From IMG/VR virus record IMGVR_UViG_3300042382_000594: DNA of 64,000 nt. One strand, written 5' to 3'. This document shows positions 1 through 9,146 of this stretch, piece by piece. Position 1 is the first letter of the stretch; each line of letters opens with the position of its first letter. This DNA comes from a virus. Its lineage: Duplodnaviria; Heunggongvirae; Uroviricota; Caudoviricetes. Under the pieces are notes generated by a model. That model was given only the letters and a program-made list of their open reading frames with translations. It made no database searches and was not told where the DNA came from. The position numbers were made by a program, and so were the translations under genes.

Positions 1-394
1 TTTTATATTTCGTTAGGTGACGACGTGTTACTCTCACTGATATCCAATTATTGTAATAACTGGAATCTATTAGTACGTTGTTGATGAACTGATAATAGGC
101 TTCCAAGTAAGAAAGTTGAGATCTGGAATGACAAATTTCCAATATCTCTTTCTTTAATTCTGGGTTATTTGTTTTTATATCAGTATTTAAATCGTCGTTG
201 GATCCGGTGTATGTTTTCCAATCGGATTCAACCTTTACTTTTTTCTTTTTTAAATTCTTCTGGATAGTTTTACTAAAATGGAAAACTTTTTTACCAATAT
301 ATTTTTTGTTATTTTGGGTGTTGGTAATTAGATAAACAAACCCAATTGCTTTTTCTGGGGGAGCAGTTAATGGTTCGTTGTTGTAAAGCCACAT
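1..394 (-). CDS. GIY-YIG homing-endonuclease-like protein, partial (runs off window start)
   Basis: Own translation of minus strand from ATG at 392-394. N-terminus is MWLYNNEPLTAPPEKAIGFVYLITNTQNNKKYIGKK, which carries the GIY-(10)-YIG motif. No stop codon before position 1. Absent from the ORF track, presumably because it is incomplete. Confidence 0.5.
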   Translation of the reverse strand, partial: MWLYNNEPLTAPPEKAIGFVYLITNTQNNKKYIGKKVFHFSKTIQKNLKKKKVKVESDWKTYTGSNDDLNTDIKTNNPELKKEILEICHSRSQLSYLEAYYQFINNVLIDSSYYNNWISVRVTRRHLTKYK

Positions 395-434
395 TGATTT
401 TTACCTGTTCAAGTTAAGATAACTTTACTTAGGG

Positions 435-644
435 TTATTCTTCGTCTTCAATTTCTTCTTCGTCATCAATTTCCGTTTCAATTTCACTACCACAAACAAT
501 ACAATACCTAATATCATCGGTAAGGCATCCCTGTTGAGAGTGAATTTGATATTCTGAGTCGCATTCAAAACAAGTTATTTTTGTTATCATAGACTTCCTT
601 GTCCTCTTTTTATTTATGTTTAAAGTCTGTTTTATACCATCCAT
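435..644 (-). CDS. small CxxC...CxxC zinc-ribbon protein with acidic C-terminal tail
   Basis: ORF track. Two Cys pairs (CFECDS...CIVCGS) followed by an Asp/Glu-rich tail. Confidence 0.3.
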   Translation of the reverse strand: MDGIKQTLNINKKRTRKSMITKITCFECDSEYQIHSQQGCLTDDIRYCIVCGSEIETEIDDEEEIEDEE

Positions 645-792
645 TACCCTTTAACGCAAAATTAGTACGAGCGATTAATCTTTTAGGAGATTCAGCTGCA
701 CAATATTTACAGTTTAGAGGGTCAGATTGGTCTTTTCTTAATTCTTCCCAAACTTGTTTACAGCTTGGGCATTCGTAATCGCGTAATGGCAT
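610..792 (-). CDS. FmdB-family zinc-ribbon protein
   Basis: The N-terminus MPLRDYECPSCKQVWEE...CKYC matches the FmdB regulatory zinc-ribbon pattern (MPxYEYxCxxC...CxxC). Overlaps the previous ORF by 35 nt in another frame. Confidence 0.4.
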   Translation of the reverse strand: MPLRDYECPSCKQVWEELRKDQSDPLNCKYCAAESPKRLIARTNFALKGNGWYKTDFKHK

Positions 793-910
793 AGTATAAT
801 CCTATTATCAACAGTAGAGCATAATAAAAAATAGTTGTTGTAAAAATTACTGGGATTAAAAATAACCCCAGTAAAGCAATGAAATTTAGTTTTCTTACCT
901 TATTTAGCAT

Positions 911-1240
911 TTAACTGCATTGACAGTATTTTTTAGCAGGCGGAGCTGAAGTCCAATCATATGGGTGTTCATCAATAGAATTAGGTAATGTAATTGTATC
1001 TCCTTCAAATTTAACATAAGAGTTATCATTTGGATACCATGGAGGTTGAACTCCTCCGCCCACTCCTCCTATAGGACCAACGCCTACGCTTTCTGTAATA
1101 ACAGTAGATTTTTCTCCAATAGATAATTTTCCGTCGAAAATTTTATGCAACTCATTATACAATTCTAATGCATCATGATTAGATAAAATTAATTCTTTTT
1201 TATCAGAAAGCGTAAAAACCAATTTACTTAATTTAGCCAT
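911..1240 (-). CDS. hypothetical protein (Gly-rich centre)
   Basis: ORF track only. No recognised motif. Confidence 0.3.
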   Translation of the reverse strand: MAKLSKLVFTLSDKKELILSNHDALELYNELHKIFDGKLSIGEKSTVITESVGVGPIGGVGGGVQPPWYPNDNSYVKFEGDTITLPNSIDEHPYDWTSAPPAKKYCQCS

Positions 1241-1249
1241 AATAATTCC

Positions 1250-2959
1250 TTAACCGTGACAAGCAACACATTCACCTTTAGTAACATTTACTCCATTTTC
1301 AGATCTAACATAATACAATGATTTAATCCATGGATCTTTAAATGCCAATTTATGAACTTCGCTAATATATTCTTCATCTTCATCAGCTGAAAAGAAGAAA
1401 TTAATGCTTTGAGCTTGATCAATATAACGTTGACGAGCTGATGCTAATCTAACAATTTGTTTTTGATCAATCTCAAAAGCTGTTTTAAATACTGCTTTTT
1501 CATTATCATCTAACCAAGTAACATGTTGAACTGAACCGTTATTACTTATAATGTCTTTAACCACTGCATCTGTATAAACGCCTTTGTTTTTCATCACTGT
1601 TAATAATGATGGGTTAACGCGATCCATTTTACCAGCAGAGGTATTTTGAACATAAGCATTTTTATAAATTGGTTCAATTCCCTGACTAACAGAACCACAG
1701 ATTAAAGCTGAACTGAGATTTGGAGCAATAGCAACTCGATGAGTATTTCTTACACCATAACCTACACACCATTCCGGTTCACCCCAATTTTCTGCCATCC
1801 ATTTAGATGCTCGTAATGATTCCACATCTAAATGTTTAAAGATCTCAGTATTTTTATAATAAGCGTCCATTGATTCAAATGGAATATTATGGTCTTGTAA
1901 ATATGTATGGAACCCAAGCATACCCAAACCAAGAGCTCTAGATGCTGTAGCAAAAGCAACAACTTTTTCCATTCCAGGTTGTGTTTTACCGATTTCAATT
2001 AAATCTTGATTAACACAATCTAGGAATACTGTTGCATTAAATACTGCGTCAGTATCTTTCCACTCATCATAAAGTGAAGCATTCATCGAGGATAAAACGC
2101 AGCTAAATGTATAATCTTCGCTGGAGTGTAAAGCGATCTCCGTACAGAGATTAGATGCATTTACTCTTAATCCTTTATCTTTATACATTTGAGGACTAAG
2201 ATTATTAACTCGATCAACAAAAAAGAAATATCCTTTTCCAGTAATCATTTTAGTTTTTAATGCTAATTGATAACGTAATGTGGCTTCATTATCATTAGCA
2301 TCTAATCGAGCAATAAATTCATCAGTAACAACCCATCCAAGATTTGCATCATCGGGGTTTTTGCTAATAAAATTTACAATCTCATAAAAATCTGGATGAT
2401 CAATTTCAATATACCCAGCCCAAGCTCCGCGACGTTGACTACCTTGAGAAATATCTCTGGACATTTGAATAAAATCTTTAAAGACTGGGAGAACGCCTGA
2501 AGCTCCTCCTTTAACGCCCTTGATAGGAGCTCCACGGTGTCTAATCTTTCCTAGGTAGCCACTAGTACCGAAACCATTTTTACTTAATACAGCAGCCTCT
2601 TGTTGAGCTCCATAGAATCCAAAAACGCTATCTGGAATTTCTCCTCCAGAACAACTAACAGGACAACCAAATCCAGTTCCCATATTAGATAAAACTGGAG
2701 TAGAGGCAGCCAACCAACCATTCCATAATAATTCAAAAAATTTAGGTTGCCATTCATCAGGATTTGGAGTATATTTTGCAGCATGTTTAGTTATTCGATT
2801 ATAAACTGATTTTAAATCTGGACACTCAGCAGAAAGGTTTTTCTCCTTAAGCATTTGCCAAGCAATAGTTGTGCACCATGCAGGCAGTTGACCAGTTTCT
2901 TGTAACTCTTTTCTCTCATCACTCAATTCATCATAAATTGATTTTTCTTGCTTTACCAT
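1250..2959 (-). CDS. nrdA: ribonucleotide reductase class I alpha subunit, short form without ATP-cone
   Basis: 569 aa. Active-site-like NLCTEI motif and C-terminal Cys pair (CVACHG). Immediately upstream of and overlapping the ferritin-like NrdB gene. Confidence 0.7.
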   Translation of the reverse strand: MVKQEKSIYDELSDERKELQETGQLPAWCTTIAWQMLKEKNLSAECPDLKSVYNRITKHAAKYTPNPDEWQPKFFELLWNGWLAASTPVLSNMGTGFGCPVSCSGGEIPDSVFGFYGAQQEAAVLSKNGFGTSGYLGKIRHRGAPIKGVKGGASGVLPVFKDFIQMSRDISQGSQRRGAWAGYIEIDHPDFYEIVNFISKNPDDANLGWVVTDEFIARLDANDNEATLRYQLALKTKMITGKGYFFFVDRVNNLSPQMYKDKGLRVNASNLCTEIALHSSEDYTFSCVLSSMNASLYDEWKDTDAVFNATVFLDCVNQDLIEIGKTQPGMEKVVAFATASRALGLGMLGFHTYLQDHNIPFESMDAYYKNTEIFKHLDVESLRASKWMAENWGEPEWCVGYGVRNTHRVAIAPNLSSALICGSVSQGIEPIYKNAYVQNTSAGKMDRVNPSLLTVMKNKGVYTDAVVKDIISNNGSVQHVTWLDDNEKAVFKTAFEIDQKQIVRLASARQRYIDQAQSINFFFSADEDEEYISEVHKLAFKDPWIKSLYYVRSENGVNVTKGECVACHG

Positions 2960-3957
2960 ACAAATCTTGCCTCTTTCCAGTTGCGGTTGTAGTCACTACC
3001 AGTCGAACTAAAGAAATCGTGTAGTGTAGTTGATTCTAAGTCTTTATAAAACCATTCTGCAATTGGATTCCACGACGGTTTAAAAATAGATTTATAACCT
3101 AATTGTTTTAAACACATGTCTAATCTAGATTCAGTGAAATTATTTAACTGAGTTTCTGTAACACCTTTAATATGACCTTTTTCAAAAGTTTTACCATTAA
3201 TAAATCCATCATGTTCTCTAATTACTCGAGCAGTTTCCTCTAATTCAGAACGTAAATGCAATTCATCTTCTTCGCTAAATTGTCCATCAACTTTTGCTTC
3301 AGCTAATAACGTTCTAAATAACCAAGCACCGCCTTGCGAATGTAAAGATTCATCAATAGCGGAAAAGTTAATTCCAGCATTTACATTAATTGCTTTATTT
3401 TTACCATTTGAATTAAAATGTTTAATAAAAGCAAACTGGCCAAATAAAACAGCTCCTTCAACCATAGAGAAAATTCCAACAGATTTTAATTTATCCATTA
3501 AAGTTTCTCTTTTCGATAAACGTTTACCGATCCATTTCATTCTATTAACTAAAACTTCATCATCTAGATATGATAAGTAAAATTCATCAGTATCTAAACC
3601 TAAAACTTGATTAATTTTATTATAAAAAGGAGCATGAACATTAGTTTCCATAAAAGCAAAGGCATCAGCCATTCTTTGAATATCAGGTCTCGGAAACACC
3701 TGAGCAACATAATTTTTCCAGTATTCATTAACTGAAATTTCATATTTGGTAAATAATTTTAAAGTAGAAGTCAATCCATAGAGTTCCGCTTCGTTAAAAT
3801 TAGTTCTTATATCATGTAGGTCTTTTTCGACCTCAATTTCAAAATCAAACCACATAATTTCTTGCTGTTTTCTAGCAAATTCAATCGCCACTGGGTAATC
3901 AACAGTGTATGTTTCCTTTGGCGTCAGTAATCTAATAGCCATATTAGTCCTTTTCAA
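2953..3957 (-). CDS. nrdB: ribonucleotide reductase class I beta subunit
   Basis: 334 aa ferritin-like protein with E/H metal-site motifs (KYE, ESLHSQG). Seven-nucleotide overlap with nrdA. Confidence 0.7.
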   Translation of the reverse strand: MKRTNMAIRLLTPKETYTVDYPVAIEFARKQQEIMWFDFEIEVEKDLHDIRTNFNEAELYGLTSTLKLFTKYEISVNEYWKNYVAQVFPRPDIQRMADAFAFMETNVHAPFYNKINQVLGLDTDEFYLSYLDDEVLVNRMKWIGKRLSKRETLMDKLKSVGIFSMVEGAVLFGQFAFIKHFNSNGKNKAINVNAGINFSAIDESLHSQGGAWLFRTLLAEAKVDGQFSEEDELHLRSELEETARVIREHDGFINGKTFEKGHIKGVTETQLNNFTESRLDMCLKQLGYKSIFKPSWNPIAEWFYKDLESTTLHDFFSSTGSDYNRNWKEARFVW

Positions 3958-4015
3958 TAAAAATTAAAATAGTTGCATCCCTGCAACTCATTATCCATAT
4001 ACTAATTATAAAGTT

Positions 4016-4861
4016 TTATTTTGTAAAATTTAACATTGGAACTGGTCCAGTCATATACTGAGGCAATTCACCATTCCATTTATCGATTTTATTTAGCTCA
4101 AGCACGCTTGGGTTATTTCTCAATGCAGCACCTTTAATTTCAATCGCCTCAGCTTCTGCTTTAGCAATAGCAATCTTAGATTCAGCTACACCTCGAGCTT
4201 CAGCAATAGTTTTATCTGCCTCAGCTTTTGATTGCGCTACTTCATTTTCTCGTTGTTGAGTTTTTTGTAATGCTTGAATTTTAGCATTAATAGATTCAAC
4301 AATAGATTCAGGTAAACGCATATCGCCAACCAAATAAATGCTTTCTATTTTAATACCAACTGAATCCATATCATGACGAACAAGAGTAGTTACATCATCA
4401 ATTAAAGCACTTTTACCCTCACCATAAACAGATTCAATATCTCTAGATGAAGCAGCTTTGTTAAACGCATCTCTCACGCTATTGCGTAATACAACATGAG
4501 TAATTTCACTAACGCCTTTGCGATATTTCTGAAAAATATCAGTCACTTTATCTGGTTCGATATGATAACTAATACCAACATCAGTATTTACAGTTAAACC
4601 TTGTCTGGTTTGAAATGTAAACGAATCATCATTTGGGCTACCTTCAGTAGAAGCTTTGGTCCAAACATGGTTTTGCGTAAATGTTGGGAATAAGAATAAG
4701 TCTTCATTAACACCGATCCAGTAACGCCCAACGCCTAATACTTGACTATCCACGCCCTTGTCACCGCCATTTAAAAATACCTTAATTCCAGTATAACCTG
4801 GAGGAACATTAGAACAAGCAACAAGGAATAGAATCACTAACAACCATAATAATTTTTTCAC
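4016..4861 (-). CDS. SPFH/Band-7 (prohibitin/HflK-like) domain lipoprotein
   Basis: Signal peptide with lipobox (LVAC). SPFH core followed by an Ala/Glu-rich coiled-coil tail (AQSKAEADKTIAEARGVAESKIAIAKAEAEAIEIK). Confidence 0.65.
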   Translation of the reverse strand: MKKLLWLLVILFLVACSNVPPGYTGIKVFLNGGDKGVDSQVLGVGRYWIGVNEDLFLFPTFTQNHVWTKASTEGSPNDDSFTFQTRQGLTVNTDVGISYHIEPDKVTDIFQKYRKGVSEITHVVLRNSVRDAFNKAASSRDIESVYGEGKSALIDDVTTLVRHDMDSVGIKIESIYLVGDMRLPESIVESINAKIQALQKTQQRENEVAQSKAEADKTIAEARGVAESKIAIAKAEAEAIEIKGAALRNNPSVLELNKIDKWNGELPQYMTGPVPMLNFTK

Positions 4862-4863
4862 TT

Positions 4864-5067
4864 TTATTCTCCAATCATTTTTTTCTTATAATCAGCATAA
4901 GCCGTTTCCCATTTACTTAAAAACATTTCGGCTAATTGTTCTCTAGGTAATACTGCAGTAGCATCCATTAATGATTCAATATCCAAAATAAGAGTAACTC
5001 TAGCTTTCGGCGCAAACGTATCTTTATCAACAAACATCTCAACATTTTCAATTAACATATCACACAC
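4864..5067 (-). CDS. hypothetical protein
   Basis: ORF track. 67 aa. Confidence 0.25.
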   Translation of the reverse strand: MCDMLIENVEMFVDKDTFAPKARVTLILDIESLMDATAVLPREQLAEMFLSKWETAYADYKKKMIGE

Positions 5068-5242
5068 CTCTAAAAATATATTTTACAACAGATGGTACTG
5101 TTGCAGCAGTTAATACAATTAAAACAAAACCGGAAATTACTTCAATGTCATCTCTAGCCGAAACTAGATACGGGCAAACAATTCCGATAATCAAAAAATA
5201 CAATATTAAAACAAAACCTGCTTCAATAATTGCTCTACCCAT
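5060..5242 (-). CDS. small 2-TM membrane protein (possible NfeD-like partner of the SPFH protein)
   Basis: 60 aa with two hydrophobic helices. Translationally coupled upstream of the SPFH module, as SPFH/NfeD pairs are in bacteria. Confidence 0.3.
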   Translation of the reverse strand: MGRAIIEAGFVLILYFLIIGIVCPYLVSARDDIEVISGFVLIVLTAATVPSVVKYIFRGV

Positions 5243-5652
5243 TACACGTCACCTTCTTGTCTAACTTCTGATTTAATAATATCAAAACCTTGCGGATATC
5301 TAGCGGATAACTTCTCGACATTCATTACAATAGCATCTTCTAACGTAATATTTAATGCATTACAAGCAACAACTACATACCATAAAATATCACCTAATTC
5401 GCGCTTCAAGTGAAAGATATTATCTTCATCTAGCGGTTTACCTTGAAATACGATTTTCTTAACAACTTCAGTAAATTCACCTGCCTCAGCAGTTAAACCA
5501 AAAGAAGCAGTTAATAATTCAGGAATTAAAATTCCTAATTTATTACCATCCAATTCGCTCAACCTTGATTCCAGAATACCAAAAATTGATGATGGTTGTG
5601 AAATTGTTGATTGGACAAATGCTTCATAATCTTTTAATTCAACTTTACTCAT
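5242..5652 (-). CDS. mazG: MazG-like nucleoside triphosphate pyrophosphohydrolase
   Basis: EExxE...ELGDILWYV motif typical of the MazG/all-alpha NTP-PPase fold. 136 aa. Confidence 0.75.
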   Translation of the reverse strand: MSKVELKDYEAFVQSTISQPSSIFGILESRLSELDGNKLGILIPELLTASFGLTAEAGEFTEVVKKIVFQGKPLDEDNIFHLKRELGDILWYVVVACNALNITLEDAIVMNVEKLSARYPQGFDIIKSEVRQEGDV

Positions 5653-5660
5653 AATTTCCT

Positions 5661-5903
5661 CTATCTAATATAATTGTGTTTACTTAATGATGCATGATAA
5701 TTTACTCCATTAATCCAATATGGATCGTACACTAAATTATCATTATGACATTTATTTTGTAATTGAACTTGTTTAAACTCTTGTTGTTCAACCATTTTTT
5801 GATCTAAATCAGATTTAAAATTTAAATCATAATAATATTGTTTTTGAACATTAATAGCTGTTATGTAATTCAAGCTGGAACTCATATTGGTGATCCTCTG
5901 CAT
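5661..5903 (-). CDS. hypothetical protein
   Basis: ORF track. Overlaps the ThyX start region by about 50 nt, so may be shorter or spurious. Confidence 0.2.
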   Translation of the reverse strand: MQRITNMSSSLNYITAINVQKQYYYDLNFKSDLDQKMVEQQEFKQVQLQNKCHNDNLVYDPYWINGVNYHASLSKHNYIR

Positions 5904-6717
5904 TAAATTTATTTAATTTTTGCTCTACTCTATCGCGATACTGTATCCAGCCTCTAAAGTTACGATACCAATATGATGGATCTCCTGGAGTTGCTTGATG
6001 TTCAGCTGGACTAGCATGAATTGGAACCGAACCAACCAATCTATCGTGTAATATAATATCATTTGCTAAATTAGCAGCACTACCATCATGATTGCTGTAA
6101 CTAACTCTAGCACAACGAGCTGTTGAAGCTTTTAATAAATCTTCTTCATCATAATATTTACGTTCTTCATCAGTAATGTACGGTAAATGCCACTCAGCAT
6201 GTTCTCTTTCAACAGATTCACTGGATTCAATAGCATCATAGATTGCTTTAGCTAGAGTTTGAATCTCAGGCTGAGCATCCGGATGAATTCTTAAATCAAA
6301 AAAGTTATCCCATTCTGTTGAAGTAACAATAACATTAATATATTGCCATGGCTCTAAAATTCTATTACCAATTTGTTTATGTAATCCAATTTTATCAAAT
6401 CCATAAGCAAAAATACAAGCAACTTTAGCTGAAGTTTTCCAAATAAATTTAGCAGCAGATAATTTCCATCCAGTTAATTCTTCATTAGCTTGCATTCCAG
6501 AAACATTAGCTCCCCAGTAAACCGGCATAGCTGGGTCATTCCAAACTTGAGAAATAATTTTACTAATTGGAATTGCTCTAGAACTAGATGCAGATCTAGA
6601 AAATACTCGATGTGTCATAAATTCTGCATGAATAAATCTAGGGTATTTTAATTGTAAAGTACAAATTCTATTATCAAAATCGTAATAAGAATCTGCAATC
6701 ATTTTAGCTGTAATCAT
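5851..6717 (-). CDS. thyX: FAD-dependent thymidylate synthase ThyX
   Basis: ThyX signature RHR-x7-S is present as MTHRVFSRSASSSRAIP. 288 aa. Confidence 0.75.
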   Translation of the reverse strand: MITAKMIADSYYDFDNRICTLQLKYPRFIHAEFMTHRVFSRSASSSRAIPISKIISQVWNDPAMPVYWGANVSGMQANEELTGWKLSAAKFIWKTSAKVACIFAYGFDKIGLHKQIGNRILEPWQYINVIVTSTEWDNFFDLRIHPDAQPEIQTLAKAIYDAIESSESVEREHAEWHLPYITDEERKYYDEEDLLKASTARCARVSYSNHDGSAANLANDIILHDRLVGSVPIHASPAEHQATPGDPSYWYRNFRGWIQYRDRVEQKLNKFNAEDHQYEFQLELHNSY

Positions 6718-6908
6718 TTTCCAAAAGTCTCCAAATATAAACTTTCTAATTCCGGTCTATCTTCGGGAATATATTTTACCTGATATTTATCCCATCTAAA
6801 CCAAATGCCACTAACTCTCATGTATTCTAGACCATCAATAAGGAATTTCGTATTTCCATCTTCGCTAGCATTAATTTTTTCTATTTTAGTTGTCATATTT
6901 TCTTCCAA
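6714..6908 (-). CDS. hypothetical protein
   Basis: ORF track. 64 aa. Start overlaps the stop of the primase gene. Confidence 0.25.
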   Translation of the reverse strand: MEENMTTKIEKINASEDGNTKFLIDGLEYMRVSGIWFRWDKYQVKYIPEDRPELESLYLETFGK

Positions 6909-7894
6909 TTTAAGTATTCCAGTTCAGCTCGTAACCCAGAGAAGGTGTTATTACTTATTATAACTAATAATTCCTCCTGCGTCAAGCCATTTTTTATTGC
7001 ATCATTAATATCCTTAACTCCAAATGATTCTGGTAATAAACAAACAGAGAACCCATTCTTAATAAACTTCCCGATATTTTTAACGATATTCGCGTTTCTA
7101 GGCTCGCAGTCAGGGATTAGTATCAACTTACTCTTATCAAACACATTAGCTGCAGCGGCCAAATTTGAGTCTGCAGTTGCGATCGCGTTTGGTAGGAATA
7201 AAGAATCGAATGGACCTTCTACAACATAAATCAGCTTCATTGGATCAACTTTATCCAGCCCAAAAATCTTTTCTTGTTCCCTGTCAATCTTTACTGTTAT
7301 ATATCTCATGGAATAACTATCAAGAGCTCTTCCCTGAAATGCAACTAAATCACCAGATCTAGAATAAAATGGAATGATTACCCTTGGACCAGTTTGATCA
7401 AGTTTTTTATCAGAAACGGATTCAACAAAAGCTTTAAAATCATCAGTAAAAAATAGATATTTAAGATATTTTTCTGGTATTTTGCGATCTAAGATATACT
7501 TTTTAGCAATATGACTATCATCTAAATCAGCAATAGTAGGTAAATCTATTTTTTTATCTTGAATTTTAAATTTTGGAATTGCAGGTTTATCAATAGAATT
7601 ATTTTTCTTTCCAGTAAATTTTTCCTGGAAATTTTCCATGATATATTCTTGTTCTAGGTGAGGATCTAGATAACCAAGCAAAGATCTAAGAGTTGTTCCT
7701 TTATCGCAATTAAAACACGTGTAGAAATAATTATCGTTTTTTGCATAAACGAATCCACGAGTTTTTGATTTCATTTTTTGAGAGTCGCCGCAATATGGGC
7801 AACGCATGGTATATAGGTTGGTATTCTTTTGTTTAAAGAGTTCCAACTTAGGTGATAACATTAAAATGTATTTTCTATCTATCCAAATGCTCAT
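6893..7894 (-). CDS. 61: DNA primase (T4 gp61-like)
   Basis: N-terminal zinc ribbon (CPYCGDS...CFNC) and Toprim-like VEGPFDSLF segment. 333 aa versus T4 gp61 342 aa. Confidence 0.75.
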   Translation of the reverse strand: MSIWIDRKYILMLSPKLELFKQKNTNLYTMRCPYCGDSQKMKSKTRGFVYAKNDNYFYTCFNCDKGTTLRSLLGYLDPHLEQEYIMENFQEKFTGKKNNSIDKPAIPKFKIQDKKIDLPTIADLDDSHIAKKYILDRKIPEKYLKYLFFTDDFKAFVESVSDKKLDQTGPRVIIPFYSRSGDLVAFQGRALDSYSMRYITVKIDREQEKIFGLDKVDPMKLIYVVEGPFDSLFLPNAIATADSNLAAAANVFDKSKLILIPDCEPRNANIVKNIGKFIKNGFSVCLLPESFGVKDINDAIKNGLTQEELLVIISNNTFSGLRAELEYLNWKKI

Positions 7895-7897
7895 TAT

Positions 7898-7924
7898 AAA
7901 AAAGCCTGAAGTTTATATTCAGGC
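7898..7924 (-). terminator. rho-independent terminator (minus strand)
   Basis: Hairpin gcctgaa-gtttatat-ttcaggc, followed on the minus strand by a T6 run. Lies between ORF 7959..8417 and the primase gene. Confidence 0.5.
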
Positions 7925-7958
7925 TTATTATACTACGAAAAGATAAAAAAGTAAAGCA

Positions 7959-8417
7959 TTATTTTATTACAAATAATTTTTTGAGCATATCAATATTTGA
8001 AAATATCCATAAAACAACTACACCGCCGCCCCACAATAACCATTTGTATTGTAATAGGTCTACAGTTTTGGCTTCATTTTTATCAACTCTATCAGTTAAA
8101 GTTTTATTCATAGAATTAATTTCCTCTGTTAATAACTTCTCAATAGCATTAATTCTACTTGAAATATTTTTCTCAGAGTCTTCTAATATTTTATATAAAT
8201 CTTCTAATTCATCTTTAGTATTAAGAAGGTTATATTCTATTTTCGTAGTTTTATCTAATACTGCTGCATGTTGAGTATCGATTTTATCAATTACGTCTTC
8301 GATTCTACTAAAAAGCCTATTAATAAATCCGACTTCTTGTTTTAAGACTGCAACTTCAACTTTTAATTCCGATAACGTTTCGACTTTTACATCATGCAAC
8401 GTTGAATTATCTGCCAT
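7959..8417 (-). CDS. coiled-coil protein with C-terminal transmembrane anchor
   Basis: Heptad-rich N-terminus and a hydrophobic C-terminal segment (WLLWGGGVVVLWIF). Confidence 0.3.
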   Translation of the reverse strand: MADNSTLHDVKVETLSELKVEVAVLKQEVGFINRLFSRIEDVIDKIDTQHAAVLDKTTKIEYNLLNTKDELEDLYKILEDSEKNISSRINAIEKLLTEEINSMNKTLTDRVDKNEAKTVDLLQYKWLLWGGGVVVLWIFSNIDMLKKLFVIK

Positions 8418-8608
8418 TATCTGCCCACCTTTAGGGAAATATCTTCTATTTTTGATGTTTGTTCAAGTAATTTATCTAGTTTATGAGAATAATTTTCTAA
8501 AGATCGCAATAAGTTAAGTCTTTTTGCTATATTACTTTTTGATAATATTTCTTTATCGTTATAATTATTATAATGGATCATCGGGGTTGCCTCTTTGACA
8601 GTCATCAT
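8417..8608 (-). CDS. hypothetical protein
   Basis: ORF track. 63 aa. Confidence 0.2.
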   Translation of the reverse strand: MMTVKEATPMIHYNNYNDKEILSKSNIAKRLNLLRSLENYSHKLDKLLEQTSKIEDISLKVGR

Positions 8609-8620
8609 AACAAATACCAG

Positions 8621-9145
8621 TTATTTCAATTTTTGTAATTTATAAATTGTAGTATTGCATAATTCAACAGATTCGTCAATTATATTTTGCATAGAAGTAT
8701 CATCAGTAATTAATCCTCTATTTTTAGAAATCCAATCCCTAAATTCTATAATAGCATCAACTGCGATTTTCATTTCAGCAGCAATTGGAGGCAAACTAAT
8801 AAATTTACCATATAATCCAATATAAGCTTCACAGAATTTATCTACAGTTTCAACAATTTCTTCATAAAAAGTTGTTAGAGCAGAATGTTCCGAAAAAGAA
8901 TCTGTACTTAAATGAGCAAAATGAGTAGTTGTAGCTAGAGCTCTACAACGAGCAAAAAATTCAGAAGCAATTGCATTGGAAATTCCTTCTTTTGAACTTG
9001 GATCTTGAGCTTCTTCAGGCGGATATCCAGGTTTTGTAGCTTCAAATAAAGCTTGTTCTATTTCTTTTTGATTAGCTTTACGTGTTCTATTAAAACCGCA
9101 ATCTTCAATAATAGAAGTTAATTTATTTTTATATTTATTATCCAT
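8621..9145 (-). CDS. hypothetical protein
   Basis: ORF track. 174 aa. No motif recognised. Confidence 0.3.
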   Translation of the reverse strand: MDNKYKNKLTSIIEDCGFNRTRKANQKEIEQALFEATKPGYPPEEAQDPSSKEGISNAIASEFFARCRALATTTHFAHLSTDSFSEHSALTTFYEEIVETVDKFCEAYIGLYGKFISLPPIAAEMKIAVDAIIEFRDWISKNRGLITDDTSMQNIIDESVELCNTTIYKLQKLK

Positions 9146-9146
9146 T

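Noticed and set aside
2584-2784. 66-aa minus-strand ORF nested inside nrdA
   Set aside because: Lies entirely within the RNR alpha coding sequence in another frame. Leu/Ile-rich composition typical of AT-rich off-frame translation.
1250-3957. Looked for group I introns or inteins interrupting nrdA/nrdB, as occur in T4 nrd genes
   Set aside because: Both ORFs are continuous with a 7-nt overlap and no internal HEG or stop-rich insert.
6945-7362. Two plus-strand ORFs (6945..7229, 7165..7362) antisense to the primase gene
   Set aside because: Antisense to a well-supported gp61 homologue. Low-complexity Leu/Ser/Phe-rich products. No RBS.
7981-8274. Plus-strand 97-aa ORF antisense to 7959..8417
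   Set aside because: Antisense overlap. Phe/Leu/Ser-rich low-complexity product.
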